Of a stretch of DNA of 64,000 nt, positions 37,415-45,933 are shown piece after piece. Every line of letters begins with the position of its first letter. Position 1 is the stretch's first letter. Location of the stretch: NCBI GenBank assembly GCA_963776245.1, contig CAVZLN010000006.1:517215-581214 (forward strand), given 5' to 3'. The position numbers and the translations under genes are program-made. A model generated the notes under the pieces. That model searched no databases and was not told the origin of the DNA. It worked only from the letters and a program-made list of their open reading frames with translations. Source of the DNA: Candidatus Eiseniibacteriota bacterium (lineage in GTDB: Bacteria; Eisenbacteria; RBG-16-71-46).

Positions 37415-37873
37415 TTGGTCATCCGACCGGGAACACTCGACCGCGCCGCGGAAGCGACTCGGTGCGCCCGCGGCTTCTCGCTGATCGAGGCCATGGTCGC
37501 CACCGTGATCGCGGTGCTGGCGGTGCTGGGCCTGGCGCACACCTTCGGGCTCGGCCACGGCCTCATCGACCGCTACGCCGGCTCGCGCGCGGCGCTGGGC
37601 GAAGCGCAGCGGCGCATGGAGTGGCTGTCGGCCCACGCGGCGCAGCATGCGTGCGACAGCCTGGTGGTCGGCGGCCTGTATCCTTCGACCCCGTCGGCGT
37701 TCTCGATCCCGGGGGTGGTCAGCGGTACCGTGCAGTGGCAGGTTGATGCGTATGACGACGCGGTGACCCCCACCATCACCCAGGACATGCGTCTCGTGAC
37801 CATGGTCGTGGTGTACGGATCCGGGAGCGAGCGCGACAGCCTCCGTATCACCCGGTTGTTCCCGAACCCATGA
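37415..37873 (+). CDS. Minor pilin / prepilin-type N-terminal cleavage-methylation domain protein
   Basis: G|FSLIEAMVATVIAVLAVLGL (Glu5). Confidence 0.7.
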   Translation: MVIRPGTLDRAAEATRCARGFSLIEAMVATVIAVLAVLGLAHTFGLGHGLIDRYAGSRAALGEAQRRMEWLSAHAAQHACDSLVVGGLYPSTPSAFSIPGVVSGTVQWQVDAYDDAVTPTITQDMRLVTMVVVYGSGSERDSLRITRLFPNP

Positions 37874-38379
37874 CCGCTCGCCCACCCCGCCATCCGGAGC
37901 GCGGACTCACGCTCACCGAACTCACGGTCGCCACCCTTATGGCGAGCATCGTGATGATCGGGCTGGTGGGCTTCTACATGAACTCGCAGGGCGTCTGGAT
38001 GGATTCCTCGGGGCAGGCGCTCACGCAGCGCGAAGCCACCCAGCTGACCGAGGAGGTCACCCAGCGTTCGCGGGGCGCCGCCTACCTCACCCTCACACCC
38101 GTGAGCGGGGATTCGCTGCAGGACATCACCTTCTTCTCCCCGGGCCCCGGCGGCACCACGACCACGGCGCGGTTCTGGTGGAGGGCGGCGGACCGGCGCG
38201 TGCATCTCGAGCTGAACGGCGGTGGTGACGCGGGCCCGCTCGAGGTCTCCGACGTGGAGCGATTCGCCTTCCGCGCCAACCCGGACACATCGTACGTCGA
38301 GTTCGATATCCGCATGAGATCCCCCGAGGATCAAGTGGTCGCGGTGACCTCGGGTATCCGGCTCCAGAACCACCACTAG
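37870..38379 (+). CDS. Minor pilin (PilW/FimT-like)
   Basis: G|LTLTELTVATLMASIVMIGL (Glu5). 4-nt overlap with the upstream gene. Confidence 0.7.
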   Translation: MTARPPRHPERGLTLTELTVATLMASIVMIGLVGFYMNSQGVWMDSSGQALTQREATQLTEEVTQRSRGAAYLTLTPVSGDSLQDITFFSPGPGGTTTTARFWWRAADRRVHLELNGGGDAGPLEVSDVERFAFRANPDTSYVEFDIRMRSPEDQVVAVTSGIRLQNHH

Positions 38380-38394
38380 ACTTCCGAGGTTCGC

Positions 38395-38985
38395 ATGGCC
38401 CACGCGTCCCCCCCCGACGTTCCATCCTCCCGCGGCTTCGTGCTGGTCGGGGTGGTCATGTTCGTGCTCGCGCTCACCATCCTTGGCCTGTCCGTGTTCA
38501 GCCTGTCGTCGTACGAGGCGCAGTTCCTGCGCCACTCGCACGACGAGGTCCAGGCGTTCAACGATGCCATGGGCGGCCTCGATCGCGCCGCCTACGCGCT
38601 GGCGAGGACGGACTCGCTGGAGAGCGTGCGCGTCCACCTGCCGCCCGGGATCGACTCCACGAGCTCCTGGCAGTGGAGTGGCACGAACCGGGTGATCTAT
38701 GGGCCGGTCAACGCGGATTCCACCGTGTGGGTGAAGGTGTGCGCGCACCGCGGACCCGCGGAGCGGGTGGTCACGGCCGGCTTCATCCCCACGTCGACTC
38801 AGAACTACTACAATCGGACGATCCACACGTCCTCGTGGGTGGTCGTCGACATCTATACTGAGAGCGGTCACCCCGCGCAATCACTCGGTCGAACTCGGGG
38901 CCGCGGTCCGCCAGGTTTCGACCGATTTCGGGTGGATCGGGCTACCTCGCCGCTCCGCCTCTGCCCATCGATTGGGGAACGATGA
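38395..38985 (+). CDS. PilX-like minor pilin (PilX_N-type hydrophobic N-terminus); 3' end uncertain
   Basis: SRGFVLVGVVMFVLALTILGLSVFSLSSYEA. Sequence composition changes after about 38860. Confidence 0.5.
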   Translation: MAHASPPDVPSSRGFVLVGVVMFVLALTILGLSVFSLSSYEAQFLRHSHDEVQAFNDAMGGLDRAAYALARTDSLESVRVHLPPGIDSTSSWQWSGTNRVIYGPVNADSTVWVKVCAHRGPAERVVTAGFIPTSTQNYYNRTIHTSSWVVVDIYTESGHPAQSLGRTRGRGPPGFDRFRVDRATSPLRLCPSIGER

Positions 38986-39193
38986 ACGTGCCCGTCCCCC
39001 GCGGCGCAATACGCTTCATCACGGCCGCACCTGCCGAGGAGCGACCCAACCCCCCTACGACTCGGCGCTCCAAGACCTACAAGTTGTCGAATCCGAATCC
39101 CAACGCGGTGAAGTACTTCTACTGGCCGGATGACCCCAGGCTTCCAAGTGGACACTCCACGATCCGAACGATGTCAAGATCGAGGTCGAGGGA

Positions 39194-39685
39194 ATGGTCG
39201 TCTGGCTTTTCCCGAAGGGAGTCCACTTCGGCGAGGGCCTTGGCCCCACCGTCGTGGAAAGTGAAGAACATTCCACTGCGAACGACTGCCTGGTGATCGT
39301 CGCCAGGGCCCGAGTGAGAGTCAAGGAAGCCGGCCTCGGCCCGGAGTTCATCGGCATCTCGTTCTTCGGCGGGCTCAGGTCCAGCGGCTCCAATGGTGTT
39401 CCCATCATCCTGGTCACCGACGGGGTGCTGGAGATCGATCAGGCCAGTGATTCCGCGGTGGGCCCTGTGATCGACTACTTCTCCGCATTCGCGGGCGGGA
39501 TCTACTTGCGCGGCCCACTGCTCCCCTACCGTATGAGACTCCTCCATGCCTCGAATGCCCCCCAGGACCAGCCCAACGGCCTGCTCGATCAGCTGCTCCG
39601 TCAGAAGGCGCTGCCCAACTCGACCGGCGGTTCCTCGACACGATTCGAAATGCTCGCCGGGACGTGGCAGGATGTGACCCCATGA
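39194..39685 (+). CDS. Hypothetical ORF in low-GC segment, possibly a fragment of a frameshifted PilX/PilY1-like gene
   Basis: 163-aa ORF with non-repetitive composition; it ends 13 nt before pilM. The reading frame continues protein-like upstream past the first Met. Confidence 0.3.
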   Translation: MVVWLFPKGVHFGEGLGPTVVESEEHSTANDCLVIVARARVRVKEAGLGPEFIGISFFGGLRSSGSNGVPIILVTDGVLEIDQASDSAVGPVIDYFSAFAGGIYLRGPLLPYRMRLLHASNAPQDQPNGLLDQLLRQKALPNSTGGSSTRFEMLAGTWQDVTP

Positions 39686-39698
39686 GGGTCGCCAATCG

Positions 39699-40754
39699 AT
39701 GAGGGCGGGCATCCGCAGCCGGCCATGGGTCGGTCTCGACGTCGGTGCCTACAGCGTCAAGGTGCTCGCCGCGCAGCATGCCGTGGGCGGCACGCGGCAT
39801 TGGCTCGCCGAGCAGCCGCTGCCCACTCTCGAGGGCGACCTCGATCGCGGGCATCCGCCCGAGGTGGTGGCACGCGCCATCTCCGTCGCGCTCGGGCAGG
39901 CCGGCCTCACCCCGCGCGGGCTGCGCGGGGTGACCCTCGGGGTCACGGGGCCCGACGTCATCCTCAAGCAGGTCACGCTGCCGCTGCTCGACGACGCCGA
40001 GGTCGGTCCCGCGCTGCGCTTCGAGGCGCGCAAGCATCTGCCCTTCGACCCTCAGGGCATGGTGCTCGACTTCCAGATCGTGGCGCGCTATCCGGTGCAG
40101 AAGCGCCTCGAGGTGCTGCTCGCCGCGGTGTCCCAGGAGCGCCTCCAGAAGTCGTCCGCCCCGCTCGGGATGCTGGGCCTCGAGGCCGACATCGTGGACG
40201 CCGTGCCGCTCGCGCTCACCAACGGCCTGACGTTCTCGAGCCCGGACCGGGACCGCGAACCGGTCGCGCTGCTCGACCTCGGACATGCGGCCTCCCACCT
40301 CACGCTGTGGCAGAAGGGCGAGCCCTACTTCGCGCGCCGCATCGATTTCGGTGGGCGCTCGCTCACGCGCGCCATCGCCGCCGGCACCGGCTCCTCGGCC
40401 GAGGAGGCCGAGGAGTGGAAGCTCGCCGCCGGCGCCGACGAGCCCGGTTTCCGCGTGGACTGGGACTCGGTCGAGATGCGCGCCGTGCTCGAGTGCCTGC
40501 GGACCGAACTGGCCGACGAGGTCAGGCGTTCGTTCGCGTTCTACCGCACGCTGGGCCGCATGCCCGACCCGATGAGCCTGCGCGTCTCGGGCGGCTCGGC
40601 GCGTCTGCCCGGCCTGGCGGCCCGGCTCACCGAGCTGCTCGGCATGCCGGTGGCGCTGTTCAATCCGCTCGACGGCACCCACGGCGCGCAGGTCGTGGGC
40701 ACCAGTGGGCCCCAGTTCGCCACCGCGTTCGGGCTGGCGCTGAGATCCGCGTGA
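39699..40754 (+). CDS. pilM: Type IV pilus assembly protein PilM (actin-like ATPase fold)
   Basis: WVGLDVGAYSVKVLA...; 351 aa. Confidence 0.85.
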   Translation: MRAGIRSRPWVGLDVGAYSVKVLAAQHAVGGTRHWLAEQPLPTLEGDLDRGHPPEVVARAISVALGQAGLTPRGLRGVTLGVTGPDVILKQVTLPLLDDAEVGPALRFEARKHLPFDPQGMVLDFQIVARYPVQKRLEVLLAAVSQERLQKSSAPLGMLGLEADIVDAVPLALTNGLTFSSPDRDREPVALLDLGHAASHLTLWQKGEPYFARRIDFGGRSLTRAIAAGTGSSAEEAEEWKLAAGADEPGFRVDWDSVEMRAVLECLRTELADEVRRSFAFYRTLGRMPDPMSLRVSGGSARLPGLAARLTELLGMPVALFNPLDGTHGAQVVGTSGPQFATAFGLALRSA

Positions 40755-41329
40755 CCCCGGTCTTCCTGATCAACTTCCGCCGCGAGGCCTATCGGCGCGA
40801 GGCGGCCAAGGCCCGCCGGCGGGTGACCTTGCTCGGGCTGTGGGTGGCCTATTTCGGCGCCATCGTGGTGGTGCTCGGGCTGTATGGTCTCAATTGCACG
40901 GTGGTCGCCCGGCGCGCGGGCCAGGTCGAGCGCCAGGCCCAGCGTCTGCGCCAGATGCAGGGCGCCGCCACCACCACGCGCCTCTCCGCCGAGGACGTGG
41001 CGCAGATCGAGCGCTACCTGCGCAGCCCCGGCCGCTGGCGCGACCGGCTGACGCGGATCGCGGCGCTGCTGCCTCCCGGCGTGCGGCTGACCTCCATGAG
41101 CGTCAATCCTCAGGGCCTCGAGGGCGCGGCCAACGCCGACCTGCTGATCATCACCGGCATCCTGCGCGTGCCCGTGGGGGTGGACCGCATGCGCAGCGTC
41201 ATGGACCTCGAGAGCCGGCTGCGCTCCGACAGCGCGTTCGTCGCCGGGTACTCCAAGGTGCGGCTGACCTCGACGCGCATCTTCGGCGGCGGGGACCCCT
41301 CCACCGAGTTCACCATCGAGTGCCGCTGA
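40751..41329 (+). CDS. pilN: Type IV pilus assembly protein PilN
   Basis: GTG overlaps the pilM stop. N-terminal TM (LLGLWVAYFGAIVVVLGLYGL) followed by a coiled coil. Confidence 0.8.
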   Translation: MTPVFLINFRREAYRREAAKARRRVTLLGLWVAYFGAIVVVLGLYGLNCTVVARRAGQVERQAQRLRQMQGAATTTRLSAEDVAQIERYLRSPGRWRDRLTRIAALLPPGVRLTSMSVNPQGLEGAANADLLIITGILRVPVGVDRMRSVMDLESRLRSDSAFVAGYSKVRLTSTRIFGGGDPSTEFTIECR

Positions 41330-41886
41330 TGAACCCCTTCCTGGCCGCGACCCTGCGCCGTCACTGGCGCCTCGCCACCGCGACGGTGGTGTTCGTGGTC
41401 TTCATGCTCGCGCACCAGGTCGTGTTCCAGCCCGCCGTGCACCGCTACGAGGACGCGTTGTCGCGGGCCCGGGCACTGGGACTCGCCCTCGATCCGGGGC
41501 AGATGGAACCGGTGATACCGCCGCGGGTGTTCGCGCGCATCACCGACAATGCCCTGCCTCCCGCCGCGGCAGTCGATCAGGCGGCCTCGGGCGTGCTCGC
41601 CGCGCGGCTCCTCGAAGAACTCGCGCAGGCCGCCCAGCAGAGCGGGCTCGAAGTGACCGTCTCGGAGCCGGGCCCGGCCTCGCAGCAGGAATCCTCCGCC
41701 ATCGCGCGCGCGCATCTCACCCTGCGCGGCGGCTTCGGACCGTTCGTGAGCTTCCTGGACGCGCTGGCGCGCGGACCGCGGTTCATCGCGGTCGATCGCT
41801 TCACCCTCGCGCCCCAGGGCGGCCAGCTCATGATCGACGTCTGGGCCAGCCGGCTGGTGCTCAAGCGCGACGGAGTGGTGCGATGA
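41329..41886 (+). CDS. pilO: Type IV pilus assembly protein PilO
   Basis: 1-nt overlap with pilN. N-terminal TM followed by a periplasmic domain. Confidence 0.7.
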   Translation: MNPFLAATLRRHWRLATATVVFVVFMLAHQVVFQPAVHRYEDALSRARALGLALDPGQMEPVIPPRVFARITDNALPPAAAVDQAASGVLAARLLEELAQAAQQSGLEVTVSEPGPASQQESSAIARAHLTLRGGFGPFVSFLDALARGPRFIAVDRFTLAPQGGQLMIDVWASRLVLKRDGVVR

Positions 41887-42368
41887 GACCCGCCCTCGGC
41901 GGTTTCGCGGCCCCCCTGCTGGCCTGCGTGCTGTTCGCCGTCATCCTGGTGCAGACGCGCGCCGCGTTGCGGGTCTCGGGCACCTGGGCGCGCGTCGCCC
42001 CGCCCGCGCCCACCGCGGCCATGGACCCCTATGGACCGCTCGACCGCCTGATCGCTGGCGCGGCCGGCTCGCCTTCCCCGTCACCCGAACGCGACCCATT
42101 CGCGCTCGGGCCGGTGGCGGGCGTCGTGGCCCCGCCCCATGCCGTGCGGCGCCCGGTCGTGCCGGCGCCGCCACCCCGTCCGGTGCTCACATCGATCGTG
42201 TGGGACTACGACCCGCGCGCCACCATCCGCTGGGGTGGGCGCGAATACTCGGTGCGCGAGAACACCCTGTTCGCGGACTTCCGCGTGGCGGGGATCAGCC
42301 GCGATCAGGTCGTGCTGGAACGCGGGGGCGAGCGCTTCGTGCTCGCGCTCCCCAAGAAAGGAGAATGA
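41883..42368 (+). CDS. pilP: Type IV pilus assembly protein PilP (lipoprotein-like)
   Basis: ATGA overlap with pilO. Leader with LLAC, a Pro-rich linker, and a C-terminal β-domain. Confidence 0.6.
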   Translation: MRPALGGFAAPLLACVLFAVILVQTRAALRVSGTWARVAPPAPTAAMDPYGPLDRLIAGAAGSPSPSPERDPFALGPVAGVVAPPHAVRRPVVPAPPPRPVLTSIVWDYDPRATIRWGGREYSVRENTLFADFRVAGISRDQVVLERGGERFVLALPKKGE

Positions 42369-42371
42369 CGC

Positions 42372-43640
42372 GTGAGCCATTGGAGAGGCCGTCCCCTGCA
42401 GGCGCTGCTCGTCGCCCTGGCGATGGCGGTGCTCGCGTCCGCCATGCCGGCGCTGGCCGCGGAGAGACTCATCTCGCTCGACGCCGAGGAAGCGAGCCTC
42501 CCGAGCGTGCTCAAGATCCTCGCCGAGAAGGGTGACCTCAACATCGTCACCGGGCCCGGCGTGTCCGGCGGCCGCATCTCGATCCACATGAAGAACGTCC
42601 CGCTCGATCAGGCGGTCAATCTGGTGGTGCGGGCCGCGGGGCTGGCCTACGAGCGCATCGGCAACAGCCTGCTGGTCGCGGAGGCGAGCTCGCTCAAGGA
42701 GGAGACCGGGCTCTCGTCCTACGTCGTGGACCTCAAGTACGCCGACGCCAACGACGTGAAGGCCGCGCTCAAGGACATGTCGGCCCAGATCCAGGTGGAC
42801 CGCGGAGGCAACCGGCTGATCGTGATCACCAGCCCGCGCGTGATCTCGGAGATCCTGTCGCTGGTCACCAAGCTCGACCTGCCCGCGCGCCAGGTGATGC
42901 TCGAGGCGCGCATCGTCGAAGTGTCCACCACCGACACCAAGCGGCTGGGCATCGACTGGGACCTGCTCACGCGCCAGGGGTTCATCATCACCGAGGGCCA
43001 GCCGGGCCCCACCGCCCCGGACGTGCCGCCGACCACGATGCCCTACATCCGGTCGTCACTCGGCCGACCCGACGCGCTCATGGGCTGGCGCCCGAGCCGC
43101 CAGGCCAAGGAGTTCAACGTCGCGCTCGACCTGTTGATCCGCGAGGGCAACGCGCGGGTGCTCGCCAATCCCAAGATCGCCACGCTCAATGGCAAGGAGG
43201 CGAGCATCATGATCGGGCAGCGCATCCCGTTCGTGGTCACCGGCACGGTGTTCGCGGGCGGCGGCGCGGCGCCGGTCCAGCAGGTGCAGAAGGAAGAGGT
43301 CGGCATCAAGCTCAAGATCACGCCGCTCATCAACGCGGATGGCTACATCACGACCGAGATCACGCCCGAGGTGTCCTCGGTCACCGACTACAAGGGCGAC
43401 AAGGCCGACCTGCCGGTGGTCGACACGCGGCAGGCCACCACCACCGTGCGCCTGAAGGACGGCAACTCGGTGATCATCGGCGGGCTGTTGAGCGAGGACA
43501 AGTCCACCACCATCTCGAAGCTGCCCCTGCTCGGCCAGATCCCCGGCCTCGGGCTGCTGTTCCAGCACCGGGTGATCATCACCAACAAGAAGGACCTCAT
43601 CATCGAGATCACGCCGCGCATCCTGCCGGAGACCCAGTAG
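42372..43640 (+). CDS. pilQ: Type IV pilus secretin PilQ (short form)
   Basis: Signal peptide, N0/N1-like domain, and secretin core (VLANPKIATLNGKEASIMIGQRIPF...IIGGLL...LLGQIPGLGLLF). Confidence 0.85.
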   Translation: MSHWRGRPLQALLVALAMAVLASAMPALAAERLISLDAEEASLPSVLKILAEKGDLNIVTGPGVSGGRISIHMKNVPLDQAVNLVVRAAGLAYERIGNSLLVAEASSLKEETGLSSYVVDLKYADANDVKAALKDMSAQIQVDRGGNRLIVITSPRVISEILSLVTKLDLPARQVMLEARIVEVSTTDTKRLGIDWDLLTRQGFIITEGQPGPTAPDVPPTTMPYIRSSLGRPDALMGWRPSRQAKEFNVALDLLIREGNARVLANPKIATLNGKEASIMIGQRIPFVVTGTVFAGGGAAPVQQVQKEEVGIKLKITPLINADGYITTEITPEVSSVTDYKGDKADLPVVDTRQATTTVRLKDGNSVIIGGLLSEDKSTTISKLPLLGQIPGLGLLFQHRVIITNKKDLIIEITPRILPETQ

Positions 43641-43720
43641 CGCGGGCCGGCGCGCGACGGGCCGGGCGGTTCCGCCGCGGGCGGGGCCGCCCGGCGCTGT
43701 CGGAATGGGACGCCGGTGTG

Positions 43721-44041
43721 CTAGAAACCCGGCAGGTGGCCGACGTGGATGACGCCCGCCATCCAGCCCAGCCACTGCCCCACCGCGATCGTGAGCGCCA
43801 CGGTCACGAGCGCGAGGCCCGCGGTGGCGAGTCCGGGAGTGCGCTGGCGGTGGCGATAGAGGTACCAGATGAGAGCGGGCACGATCAGGCCCTTGAGCAC
43901 CACGAACACCCACCAGTGGTGATGGGCGAGGTCGGCCAGCAGCGGATTGCCCTCGCGGTTGCGGAACCAATGGATGCCGAGCGCGGTGGCGACCAGGTCG
44001 AGGCTGTTCGCCACCACGGCGAGGAAGAGCACGATGCGCAT
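43721..44041 (-). CDS. Small polytopic membrane protein (DUF5658-like)
   Basis: MRIVLFLAVVANSLDLVATALG..., about 106 aa with 3–4 TMs. The N-terminal extension in ORF 43721..44341 is low-complexity. Confidence 0.4.
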   Translation of the reverse strand: MRIVLFLAVVANSLDLVATALGIHWFRNREGNPLLADLAHHHWWVFVVLKGLIVPALIWYLYRHRQRTPGLATAGLALVTVALTIAVGQWLGWMAGVIHVGHLPGF

Positions 44042-44131
44042 GAGCGAGCGGGTCCCGAGGTGCGAGTCCGGTAGGAGTGACGGCTCAATTGTGCCTGATG
44101 CCCGCGGTGCTTTCAATGGCCGGAGTGATGG

Positions 44132-44905
44132 ATGAGCGTTCCCCACGGGTACCTGCTGGCGTGCGCCGGGGTGTTCGGGCTGGTGCTGGGCAGCGCCATG
44201 ACCGCGCTGGTCCACCGCATCCCGCGCGGGCTGTCGTGGGTCCACGGCCGCTCGCGGTGCCCGGCCTGCGGACACGAACTGGGCGCCCTCGACCTGGTGC
44301 CGGTGCTGTCCTGGGTGCGCACCCTGGGGCGCTGTCGCCACTGCGGCGCGCGGATCGCCGCGCGCTACCCACTCACCGAACTGGCCTGCGGCGCCTGGGC
44401 TCTACTGGCCGCGGACAAGCTGGGGCTGGACGCGACGCTGCCGCTGGTGATGGTGTGGGGCGCGCTGCTGATCGCGCTGCTCTGGATCGACCTCGACGAG
44501 AAGATCCTGCCCGACGCGCTCACCTTCCCCGGCGTGCTGGTGGGGCTGGCCGCCGCGCTCCACCTGGGACCGCATGTGTACGTGTACGGCGCGCTGGTCG
44601 GCACCATCCCGCTCTACCTGCTCCTGATGTTCTGGGAGAAGGTGCTCAAGGTGGACGGCATGGGCTTCGGGGACATCAAGCTCGGACTCATGTTCGGCGT
44701 GCTGCTCGGGCCCTGGCTCACCATCCTCGCCATCTTCCTGGGCGCGCTGGTGGGCAGCATCACCGGGGGCATCCTGATGGCGCGCGGCCGCGGCCACATG
44801 CGCACCGAGCTGCCGTTCGGGACCTTCCTCGCCCCGGCCGCCCTGGTGGCCTACCTCTGGGGTGAGCCGCTCCTCGACGCCTACTTCGCGCTGTTGCGCC
44901 CATGA
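44132..44905 (+). CDS. pilD: Prepilin peptidase PilD (A24 family)
   Basis: Tetracysteine CPACGHEL...CRHCG. Catalytic Asp region LWIDLDEK. C-terminal GMGFGDIKL. Confidence 0.85.
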   Translation: MSVPHGYLLACAGVFGLVLGSAMTALVHRIPRGLSWVHGRSRCPACGHELGALDLVPVLSWVRTLGRCRHCGARIAARYPLTELACGAWALLAADKLGLDATLPLVMVWGALLIALLWIDLDEKILPDALTFPGVLVGLAAALHLGPHVYVYGALVGTIPLYLLLMFWEKVLKVDGMGFGDIKLGLMFGVLLGPWLTILAIFLGALVGSITGGILMARGRGHMRTELPFGTFLAPAALVAYLWGEPLLDAYFALLRP

Positions 44906-45914
44906 CTCCCCCGGAGGCCAGCGTGATCCGTTCGCGCATCACCGGCATCGGATTCGAGGTCCCCGAGCGCGTGGTCACCAACCACGACCTCGAGCGCATC
45001 ATGGACACCACCGACGCGTGGATCGTGGAGCGCACCGGGATCCGCGAGCGCCACTTCGTCGAGCCCGGCACGGCGCCGCGGCGCTCGGCACCGCGGCGGC
45101 GCGCCGGGCGCTCGCCGACGCCGGCCGCACGCCGGCCGACGTGGACTTCATCATCTTCGCCACCACCACGCCCGACTACACCATCCCCGGCTGCGGGGTG
45201 CTGGTGCAGCAGAACCTCGGTCTCGGCACCGTGGGCGCGCTCGACGTGCGCAACGCGTGCAGCGGGTTCCTGTATTCGCTCTCGGTGGCCGACGCGTTCG
45301 TGCGCGCTGGGGCGTACCGCTGCGTGCTGGTGATCGGGGCCGAGGTCCAGAGCACCGGCATCGACCTGACCACCGAGGGTCGCGACATGGCGGTGCTGTT
45401 CGGGGACGGCGCCGGCGCCGCGGTGCTCGAGCCGTGCGACGACGGGCGCGGCGTGCTGGCGTGGGCGCTGCACAGCGAGGGCCGCCACGCGCAGGAGCTG
45501 TGGTGCGAGGCCGCGACCTCGCTGGTGCCGGGGCGCGTCACGCCCGAGATGATCGCCGCCGGCCGTCATTTTCCCCACATGAACGGCCGGATGGTGTTCA
45601 AGCACGCCACCACCCGGTTCCCCGAGGTCATCCTCGAGGTGCTCGAGAAGTCGGGCCACACGCTCGACGAGGTGAGCCTGATCGTCCCCCACCAGGCCAA
45701 CCAGCGCATCGCCGACGCCGTCGGCGAGCGGCTCGGCGTGCCGGCGGAGAAGGTGTTCCAGAACATCCAGCGCTACGGCAACACCACCGCCGCGAGCGTG
45801 CCGATCGCGCTCACCGAGGCGCGTGATGCCGGCCGCGTGAAGCCCGGGGACCTCGTGGTGCTGGCGGCGTTCGGCAGCGGCTTCGCGTGGGGCGCCGCGG
45901 CGATCCGCTGGTAG
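44902..45914 (+). CDS. fabH: 3-oxoacyl-[ACP] synthase III (FabH), with an apparent frameshift near 45075
   Basis: N-terminal part in one frame (ORF 44902, [39 protein letters not shown]). The remainder is in another frame (ORF 44862) with catalytic Cys NACSGF, His HQAN and Asn GNTTAAS. Confidence 0.8.
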
Positions 45915-45933
45915 CCCGCGTCGAGCGCGGCGG

